From the NCBI GenBank assembly GCA_963727445.1, contig CAVSGI010000009.1, positions 640,001 through 704,000 on the forward strand: a stretch of 64,000 bases of DNA, given 5' to 3'. A program made the translations under genes and the position numbers. The stretch's first letter is position 1; each line of letters starts with the position of its first letter. Below, in pieces: positions 19,479 through 29,272 of this stretch. This DNA comes from an uncultured delta proteobacterium (GTDB lineage: Bacteria > Myxococcota_A > Polyangia > Polyangiales > B10-G4). The notes beneath the pieces were generated by a model. It saw nothing but the letters and a program-made list of their open reading frames with translations, was not told the origin of the DNA and made no database searches.

Positions 19479-21581
19479 TCAGTCGCAGGGATCGTCGGGG
19501 CCGCCGGTGCCGGCGACGATGGTCGGCGTCCCGGTGGCGAAGAGTGTCTCCAGGAAGCAGCCGTACTGGTGCTTCGGCGGCTCGAGCTGGAAGGTGACGT
19601 AGTGTCCGCCGCGCGGGCGATCCGGCAGGTAGCGGACGACGCCCGCGGTGAGCGGTGAGCCGTCGGGGGCTATGCGGTTCTCGGTGACAGGTGGGTCGAG
19701 GAGCGTCCCGCCCGCCAGGCGGATCGCGTCGCTGATCTGGGCGTCGCCCACGTCCGGGCCGACCAGGTCCACGCCGATCCCGCTCACCAGCGCGCGCTGG
19801 AGGAGCTCCGGGATGTTGTCGTCGTCGTAGCCCTCGATGACCAGAACGTGCCGGGCGGTGTGCCCCGGTCTCAGGCGCCGATGCACGCCGGCGACGTAGT
19901 GGATGTTGTCGGCCGGTCCGACGGCGAGGTCGAAGATCGCGATCACCGGATGGAATTCGTCGAGGCTCTCGGAGGGCGGCAGGCCGACCAGGAGCGCTGC
20001 GGTGTCGCCGAGGTTCACCGGGTCCGTCGGACCGAAGGCGAACTCGATCCACGATCCACCGGCGCCGGTGAGGATCGCGCCGAGATAGCCGTCGTCCAGA
20101 GAGGAGAGCATGCCGGTGAGGTGCGCGCCGAGGGACTGACCCATCACGGCCATCTTCGCCGGGTCGTAGCGGACCATGCCGTCCGTCGCCGCGCTGGCGT
20201 CGACACCCGGGCAGGTCGTGGGATCGATCCGCAGCGAGAGGACGAGCCGCCGAAACATCGCGTGCTCCATCAGCGTCTGCGCGAAGTTGTCGCGCATCCC
20301 CCGCGGATTCGTGAAGTTGTACATGATGTACCCCTCGTTCGAATCCGTCGGGTCGATGCGCTCGGGGTTCAGGACGCCGGCCATCCCCGACACGCCGATG
20401 CCGCGACGCGCGAGGTTCTGCGCCGGCCCGGTGCCTGGCGTCGGGGGCGAGGTCCCGGTCGCGGTGCCGCGGTCGAGGATTTGCCGCGCGAGGCCGCCCG
20501 TGCCGTTGACGTAGAAGAGCAGCGGGAAGCCCTCGGCAGGCATCACCTGCTTCGGTACCGCGACGACGAAGGGCACGGCTTCGGTCCGTTGCTCGACGGG
20601 GATGTCGCCACCGTCGACCTGCATCACGCCCTCGCCCGGGTCGGTGTAGGGCGGCGTTCCGTTCTGGTGCTGGGGCGCCTGCCACTCGCCTTCGTAGGCG
20701 CAGTACTCGTCCATCACCGTCGTGCGGCTCAGCGGCGAAACCGGAGAGAGCGCGGGCTGCTCGCCGGCCCACTTCACCCACTTGGCCACGTGAAGCGTGG
20801 GGACACCGGTGCGGTAGACGGTCGCGCCGACCACGGAGGCGGGGTCGATGGACGCCTCGCCGAGCCAGGTGCGAAGCGGCGCGAAGGCGTCGACGAGCGC
20901 CGCGTCGCTGCCGGTGCCGTCGAGCACACCCGCGAGCGCGTCGGACCGCACCAACGGGCGCGCGGAATCGCCGCTGCCGATCGAATCGCGGACCACCAGG
21001 GCGTAGAGGGTGCCTTCACGCAGGTCGTGCCCCGGGACCGGAAGCACGCTGAGAAGGCGCGACGGGCGGTAGCTGTCGCCGGCCGCGTCGGCCTGGGCGA
21101 TGCGCAAGGGGGTGAAGGTGCCGCGGTCCTCGGAGTCGGGATCGATGTTCACCAGGAGCACCGGGCTGTCTTCGGAGACGCTGTCGGCCTCGGTCGGGAA
21201 GTTCCCATCGTCGAGCGGCCCGGTGAAGCGGAGCCAGATGGGACCCGAGGGGCTGAAGCCGTCGCGGTCGCCGGCGGCGTCGATGAAGTCGTCGATCAGC
21301 TGCTGGCTTCGCGGGTTGGGGAAGTCGGTGAGGTCGGGTGGGCCCGCCGCACCCATGCGTCGCGTCTCGAGGGGGAAGGGCTGGGCGAAGAAGTCGCCGC
21401 CGCGATCGAGGAGCAGGCGCATCTCGATGGGGCCGGACTCTCCGGCGTCAGCGTCCGCGTCGGCCGTGCCGTCGTTCGGAGCGTCCGTCGCGGCGTCGGC
21501 GGCATCGGTGGAACCATCGTCACCGCAGCCGGCGACGAGCAGGATGGCGAGGAGAGCGGAGACGAGACGAGTGTCGAGCAA
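19479..21581 (-). CDS. Alpha/beta-hydrolase lipoprotein (lipase-like) with N-terminal beta-sandwich
   Basis: Lipobox VAGC after TTG start (start uncertain); FFAQPFP...DGFSP; GQSLG nucleophile elbow; candidate catalytic D (GYDDD) and H (GGHY). Confidence 0.8.
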   Translation of the reverse strand: MLDTRLVSALLAILLVAGCGDDGSTDAADAATDAPNDGTADADADAGESGPIEMRLLLDRGGDFFAQPFPLETRRMGAAGPPDLTDFPNPRSQQLIDDFIDAAGDRDGFSPSGPIWLRFTGPLDDGNFPTEADSVSEDSPVLLVNIDPDSEDRGTFTPLRIAQADAAGDSYRPSRLLSVLPVPGHDLREGTLYALVVRDSIGSGDSARPLVRSDALAGVLDGTGSDAALVDAFAPLRTWLGEASIDPASVVGATVYRTGVPTLHVAKWVKWAGEQPALSPVSPLSRTTVMDEYCAYEGEWQAPQHQNGTPPYTDPGEGVMQVDGGDIPVEQRTEAVPFVVAVPKQVMPAEGFPLLFYVNGTGGLARQILDRGTATGTSPPTPGTGPAQNLARRGIGVSGMAGVLNPERIDPTDSNEGYIMYNFTNPRGMRDNFAQTLMEHAMFRRLVLSLRIDPTTCPGVDASAATDGMVRYDPAKMAVMGQSLGAHLTGMLSSLDDGYLGAILTGAGGSWIEFAFGPTDPVNLGDTAALLVGLPPSESLDEFHPVIAIFDLAVGPADNIHYVAGVHRRLRPGHTARHVLVIEGYDDDNIPELLQRALVSGIGVDLVGPDVGDAQISDAIRLAGGTLLDPPVTENRIAPDGSPLTAGVVRYLPDRPRGGHYVTFQLEPPKHQYGCFLETLFATGTPTIVAGTGGPDDPCD

Positions 21582-21759
21582 GGCGGATCCTGAAATGCCC
21601 CCGAGGGCGGGGACGACGCGGTCGGTGATCACCGAGAAGATGGAGTAGGAATTGGCGGTGTTCGTGGCGCCATCGACGTCGGAGCGCGAGGCGTCAGCGC
21701 CATCGAAGGAGCGCCGCCACCAGCATCGACCATAGCCGAGATTTCCGTCGATCCGCGAT

Positions 21760-22052
21760 GGTTTGGTCTGAGGTGTCCGAGGGTGATGCGGCCGCGACGG
21801 CCTCCAGCGCCACCTCTTCGAAGAGCGCGACGCCGGGCTCGATGACGAAGCGACGCGCGCGGGGGTCGAAGAAGCCGACCTCGTCGAAGCCGTCGCCATC
21901 GAGGTCTGTCGAAGCCGTCGCCATCGAGGTCTGCCGCGAAGGGCGTCGGCCAGGTGAAGCCGCTGCGGCTCGTCCCGAGGTGAAAGGCGTCGGCGCTGTC
22001 TCCGCGGTCGTCGAGGAAGAGCTCGAAGAAGCTGGGCGCGGCGCCGTTCCAG
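21760..22052 (-). pseudogene. Orphan FG-GAP/VCBS-like fragment interrupted by a 25-bp tandem duplication
   Basis: ...PFAADLDGDGFD/EVGFFDPRARRF; gtcgaagccgtcgccatcgaggtct at 21883-21907 and 21908-21932; no start codon seen. Confidence 0.5.
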
Positions 22053-22059
22053 GGTGACC

Positions 22060-22483
22060 TCAGTGATAGCCCTCGCAGCGGAGCAGGTCGTCGTTCTCGA
22101 TGTAGAGCGTGGTGTTCTGACAGATCTGAACACCCTGCTGGATGCACTCGTCGCCGTCCTCGTCGACGAGCTTCAGGTCGTAGCTGTCGCACCCGACGCC
22201 GGCGAGCGTCAGCGACTCGCCCGCATGAAGGATTCTGATTCGCCCCGAGTTGATCCGGACCCCAGGTCGATTGGCTCGTCGGGCTGATGTAGACGTAGTG
22301 GATGTCGTAGTTCGAGTTGTTCACGAGGCGATAGGCGGAGTTGCTCGCGGGTACGGCCCCTCCGCTCGTATTCGCGGGTGCGTTGTTCGCGCCGCTGTTG
22401 TTGACGGCACCACCGCCGCCGCCGCAAGCGACGAGCGAGGCCGAAGACAGAGCGAGCACGAGTCCGAAGACGATCTGATTCAT
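22060..22483 (-). CDS. Small lipoprotein (WGxDxLG...CxxYDL family), one apparent +1 frameshift
   Basis: Lipobox LVAC; deleting one base in GAATC at ~22233 gives WGPDQLGANQILHAGESLTLAGVGCDSYDLKLVDEDGDEC...CEGYH*. Confidence 0.8.
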
Positions 22484-22541
22484 CACGAATCCCCTTTCCG
22501 ATTCGGACGATGCGGCGGCTCTCGTGCTGTCGGCAAGCGAA

Positions 22542-23738
22542 CTAGTTGCGTCGCTTGCCTTTGCCGCCGCGCTTGTGATCTGGACTACGTCCGCGGCCAC
22601 CCGAGCCGGGACGTCCGCCCTTCCGATCGTGATCCCGACCACCTTCTCGACGTCGATCGCGGTCCCGCCCGCCGGCGCGTCCGCGATCGCGATCCCCGTC
22701 GCGGTCCCGCCCGCCGGCGCGTCCGCGATCGCGATCCCCGTCACGGCTGCGGCCACCTTCGCGTCCGCGATCGCGATCCCGACCACCCTCGCGTCCGCGA
22801 TCCCGATCACCCTCGCGCCGGCGATCGCCGTCGCGATCGCGATCTCGATCCCGATCGCGATCACGGCCGCGGCCTCGGTCACGGTCGCGGTCGCGGTCGC
22901 GGTCTCGGTCTCGGCCGCGGTCACGGTCACGGTCACGACCGCGGCCACGGTCACGGTCGCGATCACGCCCCGGGCCGCGATCGCGATCGCGATCGCCGCC
23001 GCGGTCGCGATCGCCGCCGCGGTCGCGATCCCGTCCGCCTTCGCGACCTCGATCACGCCGTCCGCGGTCGTTCGCGATCGGGGCGAGCCGCCGACCGATC
23101 GCGCTCAGGATCTCCGGGCTCCGCTTCGCGTCCACATCCACGACCAGGCGCTCGCTCGCGCCTTCGCGCCGCACCATCAACCGCGCTTCGAGCTCGGCCT
23201 CGACGAGCGCCACTTCGGCGCGCAGCCAGGACGCCACCGCCTCTTCGCTCAGCTCGGCCGCGACGCCGCTCTCGTTCCGCCCCCGCTCGGCGAGCTCGCG
23301 CGCCTCGGCCTCATCGAGGTCGAGGAGCTGCTCGGTCATCACCGCGAAGCTCGTCAGGCTCTGCCCGCGCCAGATCTCGAGGGCCAGGGCCTCGGCCAGG
23401 AGCCCGCCCAGGCGTGCGGTCGCCGCTGGATCTTTCGGATGATCCGCCCGGGCGGCCCGCATGGCCTCGAGCCGACGTTCGCTCAGCGCCCGGGCATCGG
23501 CGTTCTTCACCCCCGGGATGAGGCGCACCGGGCGGTCGTCGCGCAGGCGGGGGCTTTGCTCCCGCGGCCGCACCCGGTCGCTCTCCCCGGCGGCCAGGTC
23601 CTCGAGGTCGGGATCGAGGGCCTTGCGCTCGTGGCGGGGCCGTCGCACGACCCCCGCGGGATCCGAAGGAGCGACTAGCTCCTCAGAATCAGGAGCCTTT
23701 TCGTCTTCGGGGGCGGGGCTATCCTTGGGGTCGATCAT
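22542..23738 (-). CDS. Hypothetical protein with long C-terminal Arg-Asp/Gly mixed-charge tail
   Basis: About 220-aa ordinary N-part followed by about 170 aa of (RD)n/GGRDRDR; divergent from rplU. Confidence 0.75.
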   Translation of the reverse strand: MIDPKDSPAPEDEKAPDSEELVAPSDPAGVVRRPRHERKALDPDLEDLAAGESDRVRPREQSPRLRDDRPVRLIPGVKNADARALSERRLEAMRAARADHPKDPAATARLGGLLAEALALEIWRGQSLTSFAVMTEQLLDLDEAEARELAERGRNESGVAAELSEEAVASWLRAEVALVEAELEARLMVRREGASERLVVDVDAKRSPEILSAIGRRLAPIANDRGRRDRGREGGRDRDRGGDRDRGGDRDRDRGPGRDRDRDRGRGRDRDRDRGRDRDRDRDRDRDRGRGRDRDRDRDRDRDGDRRREGDRDRGREGGRDRDRGREGGRSRDGDRDRGRAGGRDRDGDRDRGRAGGRDRDRRREGGRDHDRKGGRPGSGGRGRSPDHKRGGKGKRRN

Positions 23739-23775
23739 CGCTTGCCTGAACGCGCGTTTTCAGTGGGTTTTCTGC

Positions 23776-23803
23776 TTGCGCCAGGGTCTTTGGTTCGTAG
23801 ACT
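23776..23803 (+). promoter_or_regulatory. Putative sigma70-type promoter of rplU-rpmA
   Basis: TTGCGC-N16-TAGACT, 26 bp upstream of rplU, with GAGG RBS. Confidence 0.4.
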
Positions 23804-23829
23804 GCTCGCCCCTTATCGAGGATTGAACC

Positions 23830-24138
23830 ATGTACGCAGTGATCAAGACCGGCGGCAAGCAATATCGCGTGAGCGAAGGTGACACGCTTCGCGTGGAAAA
23901 GCTCGATGGCGACGTCGGCGCGAAGGTGGAGTTCGACGAGGTGCTGATGATCGGCGGCGACAAGGTCGCGGTCGGCAAGCCCACCGTCGCGGGTGCGAAG
24001 GTCGAAGCGGAGATCGTCGCGCAGGATCGAGCGAAGAAGATCATCGTCTTCAAGATGAAGCGCCGCAAGAACTACCGGCGCAAGCAGGGCCACCGTCAGC
24101 CCTACACCGAGCTTCGCATCACCGGCATCAGCGCCTGA
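23830..24138 (+). CDS. rplU: 50S ribosomal protein L21
   Basis: [14 protein letters not shown]...GHRQPYT. Confidence 0.99.
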   Translation: MYAVIKTGGKQYRVSEGDTLRVEKLDGDVGAKVEFDEVLMIGGDKVAVGKPTVAGAKVEAEIVAQDRAKKIIVFKMKRRKNYRRKQGHRQPYTELRITGISA

Positions 24139-24148
24139 GGTAGACGAG

Positions 24149-24424
24149 ATGGCACACAAAAAGGGACAGGGCGCCACCCGGAACGGGCGCGACTCGAACG
24201 CGCAGTACCGCGGCGTGAAGATCTTCGGCGGTCAGGAAGTGAGCGCGGGCTCCATCCTGGTTCGTCAGGTGGGCTCGAGCTTCCATGCCGGCCGCAACGT
24301 CGGCGTCGGCAAGGACTTCACCCTCTGGGCGAAGATCGACGGCGTCGTTCAGTACGAGCGCCAGGGCAAGAAGCGCCAGCGCGTCAGCGTCTACCCCAAG
24401 GGTGACGCTCGCTTGACGAACTGA
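24149..24424 (+). CDS. rpmA: 50S ribosomal protein L27
   Basis: [16 protein letters not shown]...ILVRQ...[10 protein letters not shown]. Confidence 0.99.
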   Translation: MAHKKGQGATRNGRDSNAQYRGVKIFGGQEVSAGSILVRQVGSSFHAGRNVGVGKDFTLWAKIDGVVQYERQGKKRQRVSVYPKGDARLTN

Positions 24425-24492
24425 TTCTGCAGCGGGGTGGTCGGCAATCCAGCTCCGCGAGGCTCCGGCCCCGCTGCGCTTCGACGCCGACC

Positions 24493-25971
24493 ATGCAGCT
24501 CCCGCTTCCACTCGCAGCACTCTCGCTGCCCGCTGACGAGTCGATCCTGCCGCCCCCGCGGCGGAGGGTCTACGTCAATCGAAGCCTGCGGCTCGACCAC
24601 ATCGAGTGGGTGGGCTTCGACATGGACTACACCCTCGCCATCTACGATCAGGCGGAGATGGATCGCCTCAGCATCGAGGCGACCGCCAAGAAGATGGTCG
24701 AGCTCAAGGGTTATCCCGACCAGCTCCTCGGGATGGACTACCGCACGGATTTTCCCATCCGTGGCCTGTTGATCGATCGCAAGCGCGGCAACGTCCTCAA
24801 GATGGACCGCTACCGCTACGTGAAGCGCGCCTATCACGGGATGCGCGAGCTGAGCGCGGAGGACCGCCGCCACCTCTATCACACGCGGCGCCTGCGGCCG
24901 GGGACCAAGCGCTACCACTGGGTCGACACCCTCTACGCGCTCGCCGAGGTCACGCTCTACGCGGCGGCGGTGGAAGCGCTCGAGGCATCGGCGACGCCGG
25001 TCGACTACGTGCGCCTCTTCGACGACGTGCGCGAGTGCATCGACCTCGCGCACCGGGACGGCAGCATCAAGCAGCAGATCAAGAAGGATCCGGCGCGCTA
25101 CGTCCTCAAGGACCCGGAGCTCGGCGCCACCATTCACAAGCTCCGGAGTGCCGGCAAGCACACGTTCCTGCTGACCAACTCCTACCCGGAGATGACGCAG
25201 CACCTGATGTCGTACCTCCTCGACGACGCGCTGCCCGAGTACAGCTCCTGGAAGAACTTCTTCGACCTGATCGTCACCGCCTCCGCCAAGCCGGCGTTCT
25301 TCCTGGGCCGCCAACCCTTCCTGCGAGCCGAGCCCGGCTCGGAGCCCGAGGTCGCCCACAAGCTCGAGCGCGGCGAGATCTACATGCACGGCAACATCGT
25401 CGACCTCGAGAAGCACCTCGGCGCCGAGAGCGATCAGATCCTCTACGTCGGCGACCACATCTACGGCGATGTGCTGCGCGCGAAGAAGGAGACCGCGTGG
25501 CGCACGGCGATGATCATCCAGGAGATGGACGTCGAGCTCGACGCCCTCGCGCGGTGCACCGAGGCGATGGACCGCTTCGACACCCTGAGTGAGGCCCACG
25601 CCACGCTCATCCACGACCTGCGCGCGCGGCAGGCGGCGCTCAAGGACGTGCAGCGGGCGATCGAGAAGACGAACGGCACCCCCAGCACCGAGCTGGACGT
25701 GGCGCGGGTGCGCCTGCGCAAGTCCATCGACAAGCTGCGCAGCCGCATTCGCGCCTCCGAAGGCGAGATCTCCAAGCTGGACGAGGAGCTCGAGCAGGCC
25801 TTTCACCCCTTCTGGGGCTCGCTCTTCAAGGCGGGGCACGAGGTGAGCAGCTTCGGAGACCAGGTCGAGGACTACGCGTGCATCTACACCTCGCGGGTCT
25901 CGAATCTATTGTCCTACTCACCGATGCACTACTTCCGCAGCCCGCGGCATCGGATGGCCCACGAGGTGTGA
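24493..25971 (+). CDS. HAD-IG family 5'-nucleotidase (cN-II-like)
   Basis: VYVNRSL, GFDMDYTL, LLTNS, AKPAFF, YVGDHIYGD, YACIYTSRVSN; C-terminal coiled coil. Confidence 0.95.
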   Translation: MQLPLPLAALSLPADESILPPPRRRVYVNRSLRLDHIEWVGFDMDYTLAIYDQAEMDRLSIEATAKKMVELKGYPDQLLGMDYRTDFPIRGLLIDRKRGNVLKMDRYRYVKRAYHGMRELSAEDRRHLYHTRRLRPGTKRYHWVDTLYALAEVTLYAAAVEALEASATPVDYVRLFDDVRECIDLAHRDGSIKQQIKKDPARYVLKDPELGATIHKLRSAGKHTFLLTNSYPEMTQHLMSYLLDDALPEYSSWKNFFDLIVTASAKPAFFLGRQPFLRAEPGSEPEVAHKLERGEIYMHGNIVDLEKHLGAESDQILYVGDHIYGDVLRAKKETAWRTAMIIQEMDVELDALARCTEAMDRFDTLSEAHATLIHDLRARQAALKDVQRAIEKTNGTPSTELDVARVRLRKSIDKLRSRIRASEGEISKLDEELEQAFHPFWGSLFKAGHEVSSFGDQVEDYACIYTSRVSNLLSYSPMHYFRSPRHRMAHEV

Positions 25972-26003
25972 TCCGGAGCCCGCGCCCGGTGTAACATACG
26001 GGC

Positions 26004-26699
26004 ATGCGCCTCGAAGCGATCGCAGATGAGGTCTGGATCGCGGATGGGCCCAAGGTCTCGTTCTTCGGCTTTCCCTATCCCACGCGGATGGGTGTGGTGC
26101 GGTTGCCGAGCGGCGATCTGTGGGTGTGGTCACCGGTGGGTCTCGACGACGAGCTCGTCGCCGAAGTCAACGCGCTCGGCCCGGTGAAGCACCTCGTCGA
26201 GCCGAACAAGATCCACCACCTCGCGCTGCCCGCATGGAAGGAGCAGTGGCCCGAAGCGCTGATCTACGCGCCGCCGGGGCTGTCGACGCGAGTCCAGACC
26301 GTGCACTTCGACGTGGAGATCTTCGACGAGGAGGAGCCGGCCTTCGAGGGGGTGATCGACCACGTGATCGTCCGCGGCAGCTTCGTGATGGAGGAGGTGC
26401 TCTTCCATCATCGACCGTCGCGGACGCTCTTCGTGGGTGACCTCGTTCAGAAGCACGATCCGGATGCCTTCACCAAGTGGCAGTCCTGGATCATGAAGCT
26501 GGACGCCCTCTCCGGTGAGCACGGGAGCACCCCACGCGAGTGGCGCGCGACCTTTCTCGAGCGCGAGCCAGCGCGCGTCGCCATCCGCAAGGCCATCGCC
26601 TGGGATCCCGTGCGCATGGTCATCGCCCACGGCGCCTGGGTGCGCGAAGGCGGCGCGGACGCGCTCCGAAGCGCACTGTCCTGGCTCGGCCTCGATTGA
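26004..26699 (+). CDS. DUF4336 family protein
   Basis: TRMGVVRLPSGDLWVWSPV, PNKIHH, EVLFHHRPSRTL, VIAHG. Confidence 0.9.
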   Translation: MRLEAIADEVWIADGPKVSFFGFPYPTRMGVVRLPSGDLWVWSPVGLDDELVAEVNALGPVKHLVEPNKIHHLALPAWKEQWPEALIYAPPGLSTRVQTVHFDVEIFDEEEPAFEGVIDHVIVRGSFVMEEVLFHHRPSRTLFVGDLVQKHDPDAFTKWQSWIMKLDALSGEHGSTPREWRATFLEREPARVAIRKAIAWDPVRMVIAHGAWVREGGADALRSALSWLGLD

Positions 26700-26708
26700 C
26701 CGGTCGAC

Positions 26709-27434
26709 TCAACCGTCGGCGCGAAGGTGGAACGTCACCTTGGCGCGGTAGCGTCGGCTACGCGGCATCGGCCAGCTTCGCACCGCGCGCGTCACACAGT
26801 CCAGGCTTGCCGCCCCCGTACCGTCGGGCGTGGAGGCTCCCGCCGAGATGACGCGGCCTCTGCGCGACACGTAGGTCGTGACCTGAACGTCGGAGTCGGC
26901 GCCACATCTCTGAAGAACGCGGCGCCCGCGTGCCCGCACGACACGCCGCACGCGTCCAGGGTCCCAGGTGATCGCTTCGCGCACCCCCACCGGCGGGTCC
27001 ATCTCGAGCGGCCAGTTGAAGTCGGCGGCGCCACCGTGTGGACGTGGGAACCGAACCGAAGCAGCGACGTCGACAATGCATCGCTCCACTTCGCGATGAC
27101 CAACGGTCGAGTCGATGGGGTGCACATGCGCGACCCGCCCGTCGGTCCCCACGTGGAACGCGAGCGTCACGCGCCCGGCGAGCATCGGGAGTCGGACCGC
27201 CTCGGAGGCGAAGCATCGGGCGAAGGACTCGTGCTTCGGGCGGAGCGCTTCACGTACCTCGTCGGTGGCGAGCGAGCCGGTCAGCCCTCGTGTTTGCATG
27301 GTGGCTCGCTCCACCCGCCTCGCCGGCATCGCCTGCGGCACCGCGCGTGCGACGTGGTGAGTGGTGTCCGGCGCAGCGCCGCATCCCAGGGTAGCGCCCA
27401 CGAACAAGGATAGGACCACGAGGAGCGGCGTCAT
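26709..27434 (-). CDS. Lipoprotein with two AgmX/PglI-C (TonB-C-like) domains
   Basis: Lipobox TLGC; RCF...GRVTLAFHVGTDGRV...VERCI...RFPRP, with a second copy (DCVTRAVRSWPMP). Confidence 0.75.
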   Translation of the reverse strand: MTPLLVVLSLFVGATLGCGAAPDTTHHVARAVPQAMPARRVERATMQTRGLTGSLATDEVREALRPKHESFARCFASEAVRLPMLAGRVTLAFHVGTDGRVAHVHPIDSTVGHREVERCIVDVAASVRFPRPHGGAADFNWPLEMDPPVGVREAITWDPGRVRRVVRARGRRVLQRCGADSDVQVTTYVSRRGRVISAGASTPDGTGAASLDCVTRAVRSWPMPRSRRYRAKVTFHLRADG

Positions 27435-27569
27435 CGCGGTGGATGTATTGCGACACCCGTGCCATCCCAATTCGTGAGTGCTTCTGTGAGATGTGCGTTC
27501 TTAAGACGTCACTGGTTGGAGCACCACGTGCGCCCTACGTCGACTCCACGACGCAGACTGTCCACCTGC

Positions 27570-28073
27570 TCACTGCAGGACGACGTCCTCGATCTTCTCG
27601 CCATCATCCAACTGGCAGTCGCCCACGCCGCCTTCGCTCATCCCCCGTGATGGCTCGGAGAGGGTGAAGCGGCAGCGCATGTTCCGCCCACCGGGGTTCG
27701 AGAGCGTCGCGACCACGTGCCCGCTGTAAATCCGCGCGAAGGAGTCGAAGCCGTTGCTGACGACCGAGGTGCCCCAGGGGGCCGACCAGTCCGACCAGTA
27801 CGGGTTCCAGTTCACCCAGAGCGGTGCGAGCGTGTCCGCCTCGACGGTCTGCGTGACCTCGAAGTAGCGGCCCTCGAACGCGCGCCCGTCGGGGAGGACG
27901 GTCGAGATCGACCCTTCGGTCGGCTCATCCATCTCGGAGTGCCACTCGAAAGAAACCGGCTCCTCCGTGCCGTCGTTCTCGACCAGCTCGCCAGTCGCCG
28001 TCCCCGCGGTGGCGCATCCGCTCGCTGAGAGCATCAGGAGACAGCTCACCACGGACCGAATCGTCGATGTCAT
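27570..28073 (-). CDS. Hypothetical lipoprotein
   Basis: Lipobox ASGC; GGAGG RBS; MRCRF...GVGDCQLDDG C-terminal Cys pair. Confidence 0.75.
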   Translation of the reverse strand: MTSTIRSVVSCLLMLSASGCATAGTATGELVENDGTEEPVSFEWHSEMDEPTEGSISTVLPDGRAFEGRYFEVTQTVEADTLAPLWVNWNPYWSDWSAPWGTSVVSNGFDSFARIYSGHVVATLSNPGGRNMRCRFTLSEPSRGMSEGGVGDCQLDDGEKIEDVVLQ

Positions 28074-28438
28074 CTGGGCCTCCGAAGTTCGTTCTGATCT
28101 GTCCGCTAGTGCCGTTTTGCAGGGTGGCTAGGGCGGGATCGACGCCGTCGTGATGGACGTCCGGGCGGCGCTCATGGAGGACGTTCGACCTTCACCTGTC
28201 CCTGAGCGCCGGAGACGTGGACGCGCCCGGCTCAGAGAGCCCTCTCGACGGTCGCGAGGACCCGGGCGCCGGGGGCCGGGCTGTCGTCATCTGTACGAAG
28301 CGCGCCGTGGCCGGCGTGGGGCGGTCGAGGAGGGCGTCGGCGTGCAGCGGCGAGAGCGACTGGTAGGGCCGGGGGTGTCGACTGGGCCGCAGGCGCTGCC
28401 GAGCGTGGCGACCAGCACTCCGATGCTGTGGACGCGCC

Positions 28439-29164
28439 TCACGACATCGCGATCCTGTGCCAGCCGATCATGCCGCCCTCCATCGAGGCGACGGCCTCGA
28501 AGCCCATCTGCGACAGGACCTCCGTCGCGCGCGCCGACCGACCGCCCGAAGCGCAGTGGATCACCAGCGGCTGGTCCTTCGGCCACTGCGAAGCCGCGGC
28601 GAGGAGCACGCCGAGGGGGACGTGCTCCGCCTGGAGGATCACGCCCATCGGGCCGAGTCGTTCGCCCTCTTCGCGCACGTCCACGAGCTTGAAGCGGCCC
28701 AGGTTCTGGGCGACCCACGCCGCAGAGACCTCCGCGATCCCGTTGGTCCGATAGATCGCGCTCGCCAGGTTCTGCGCGTTGGCGTTCTTCTCCTCTTCGA
28801 GGATGTTCTTTCGATGTTCGACGTCGTGGGTCCACGCGAGCATCCCGCCTTCGACCGAAGCCACCGCCCTGTAGCCTGCATCCGCGAGCGCCGAGGCGGC
28901 GAGGGCCGAGCGCCGGCCGGAGCGGCAGATGAAGACCACTGGCTCCTCCGGGTCGAAGGGGACGCCCCGGGTCAGCACGCTAGCGAGGGGCAGGTTCTGC
29001 ACGTTGGGGACCGAGCCCAGCGGGCCCGTGAGCTCGTGCGGCTCCCGAACGTCCAGGAGATGCACGTGGTCGAGATGCTCGGCGAGCCAGGTCGCGCTGA
29101 TCTCGGGGTTTCCGTTGTCTCGATAGGTGGCGGCCGCGAGCACGGCCTTGGCGTCGGTGTTCAT
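28439..29164 (-). CDS. Tandem rhodanese-domain sulfurtransferase
   Basis: Two copies of L.DVRE...C(R/A)SG.RS...EGGM..W. Confidence 0.9.
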   Translation of the reverse strand: MNTDAKAVLAAATYRDNGNPEISATWLAEHLDHVHLLDVREPHELTGPLGSVPNVQNLPLASVLTRGVPFDPEEPVVFICRSGRRSALAASALADAGYRAVASVEGGMLAWTHDVEHRKNILEEEKNANAQNLASAIYRTNGIAEVSAAWVAQNLGRFKLVDVREEGERLGPMGVILQAEHVPLGVLLAAASQWPKDQPLVIHCASGGRSARATEVLSQMGFEAVASMEGGMIGWHRIAMS

Positions 29165-29272
29165 GACCGAGCCGAGTCGCAAATCGCAGGCCAGCGTGGA
29201 AACGTCGCCGATTGTCGGCGAGCGAAACGAGTTGCAACCATCCGGCGGCGCCGCGAAACACGGCGCGGGCGC

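Noticed and set aside
22524..23678. Plus-strand 384-aa AIAIAV-rich 'membrane protein'
   Set aside because: Antisense shadow of the RD-repeat gene; the minus-strand ORF has the ordinary N-domain and plausible start.
28150..28435. Possible small lipoprotein remnant (VLVATLGSACG) on the minus strand
   Set aside because: No convincing start, the frame is lost after about 25 codons and there is no recognisable domain.
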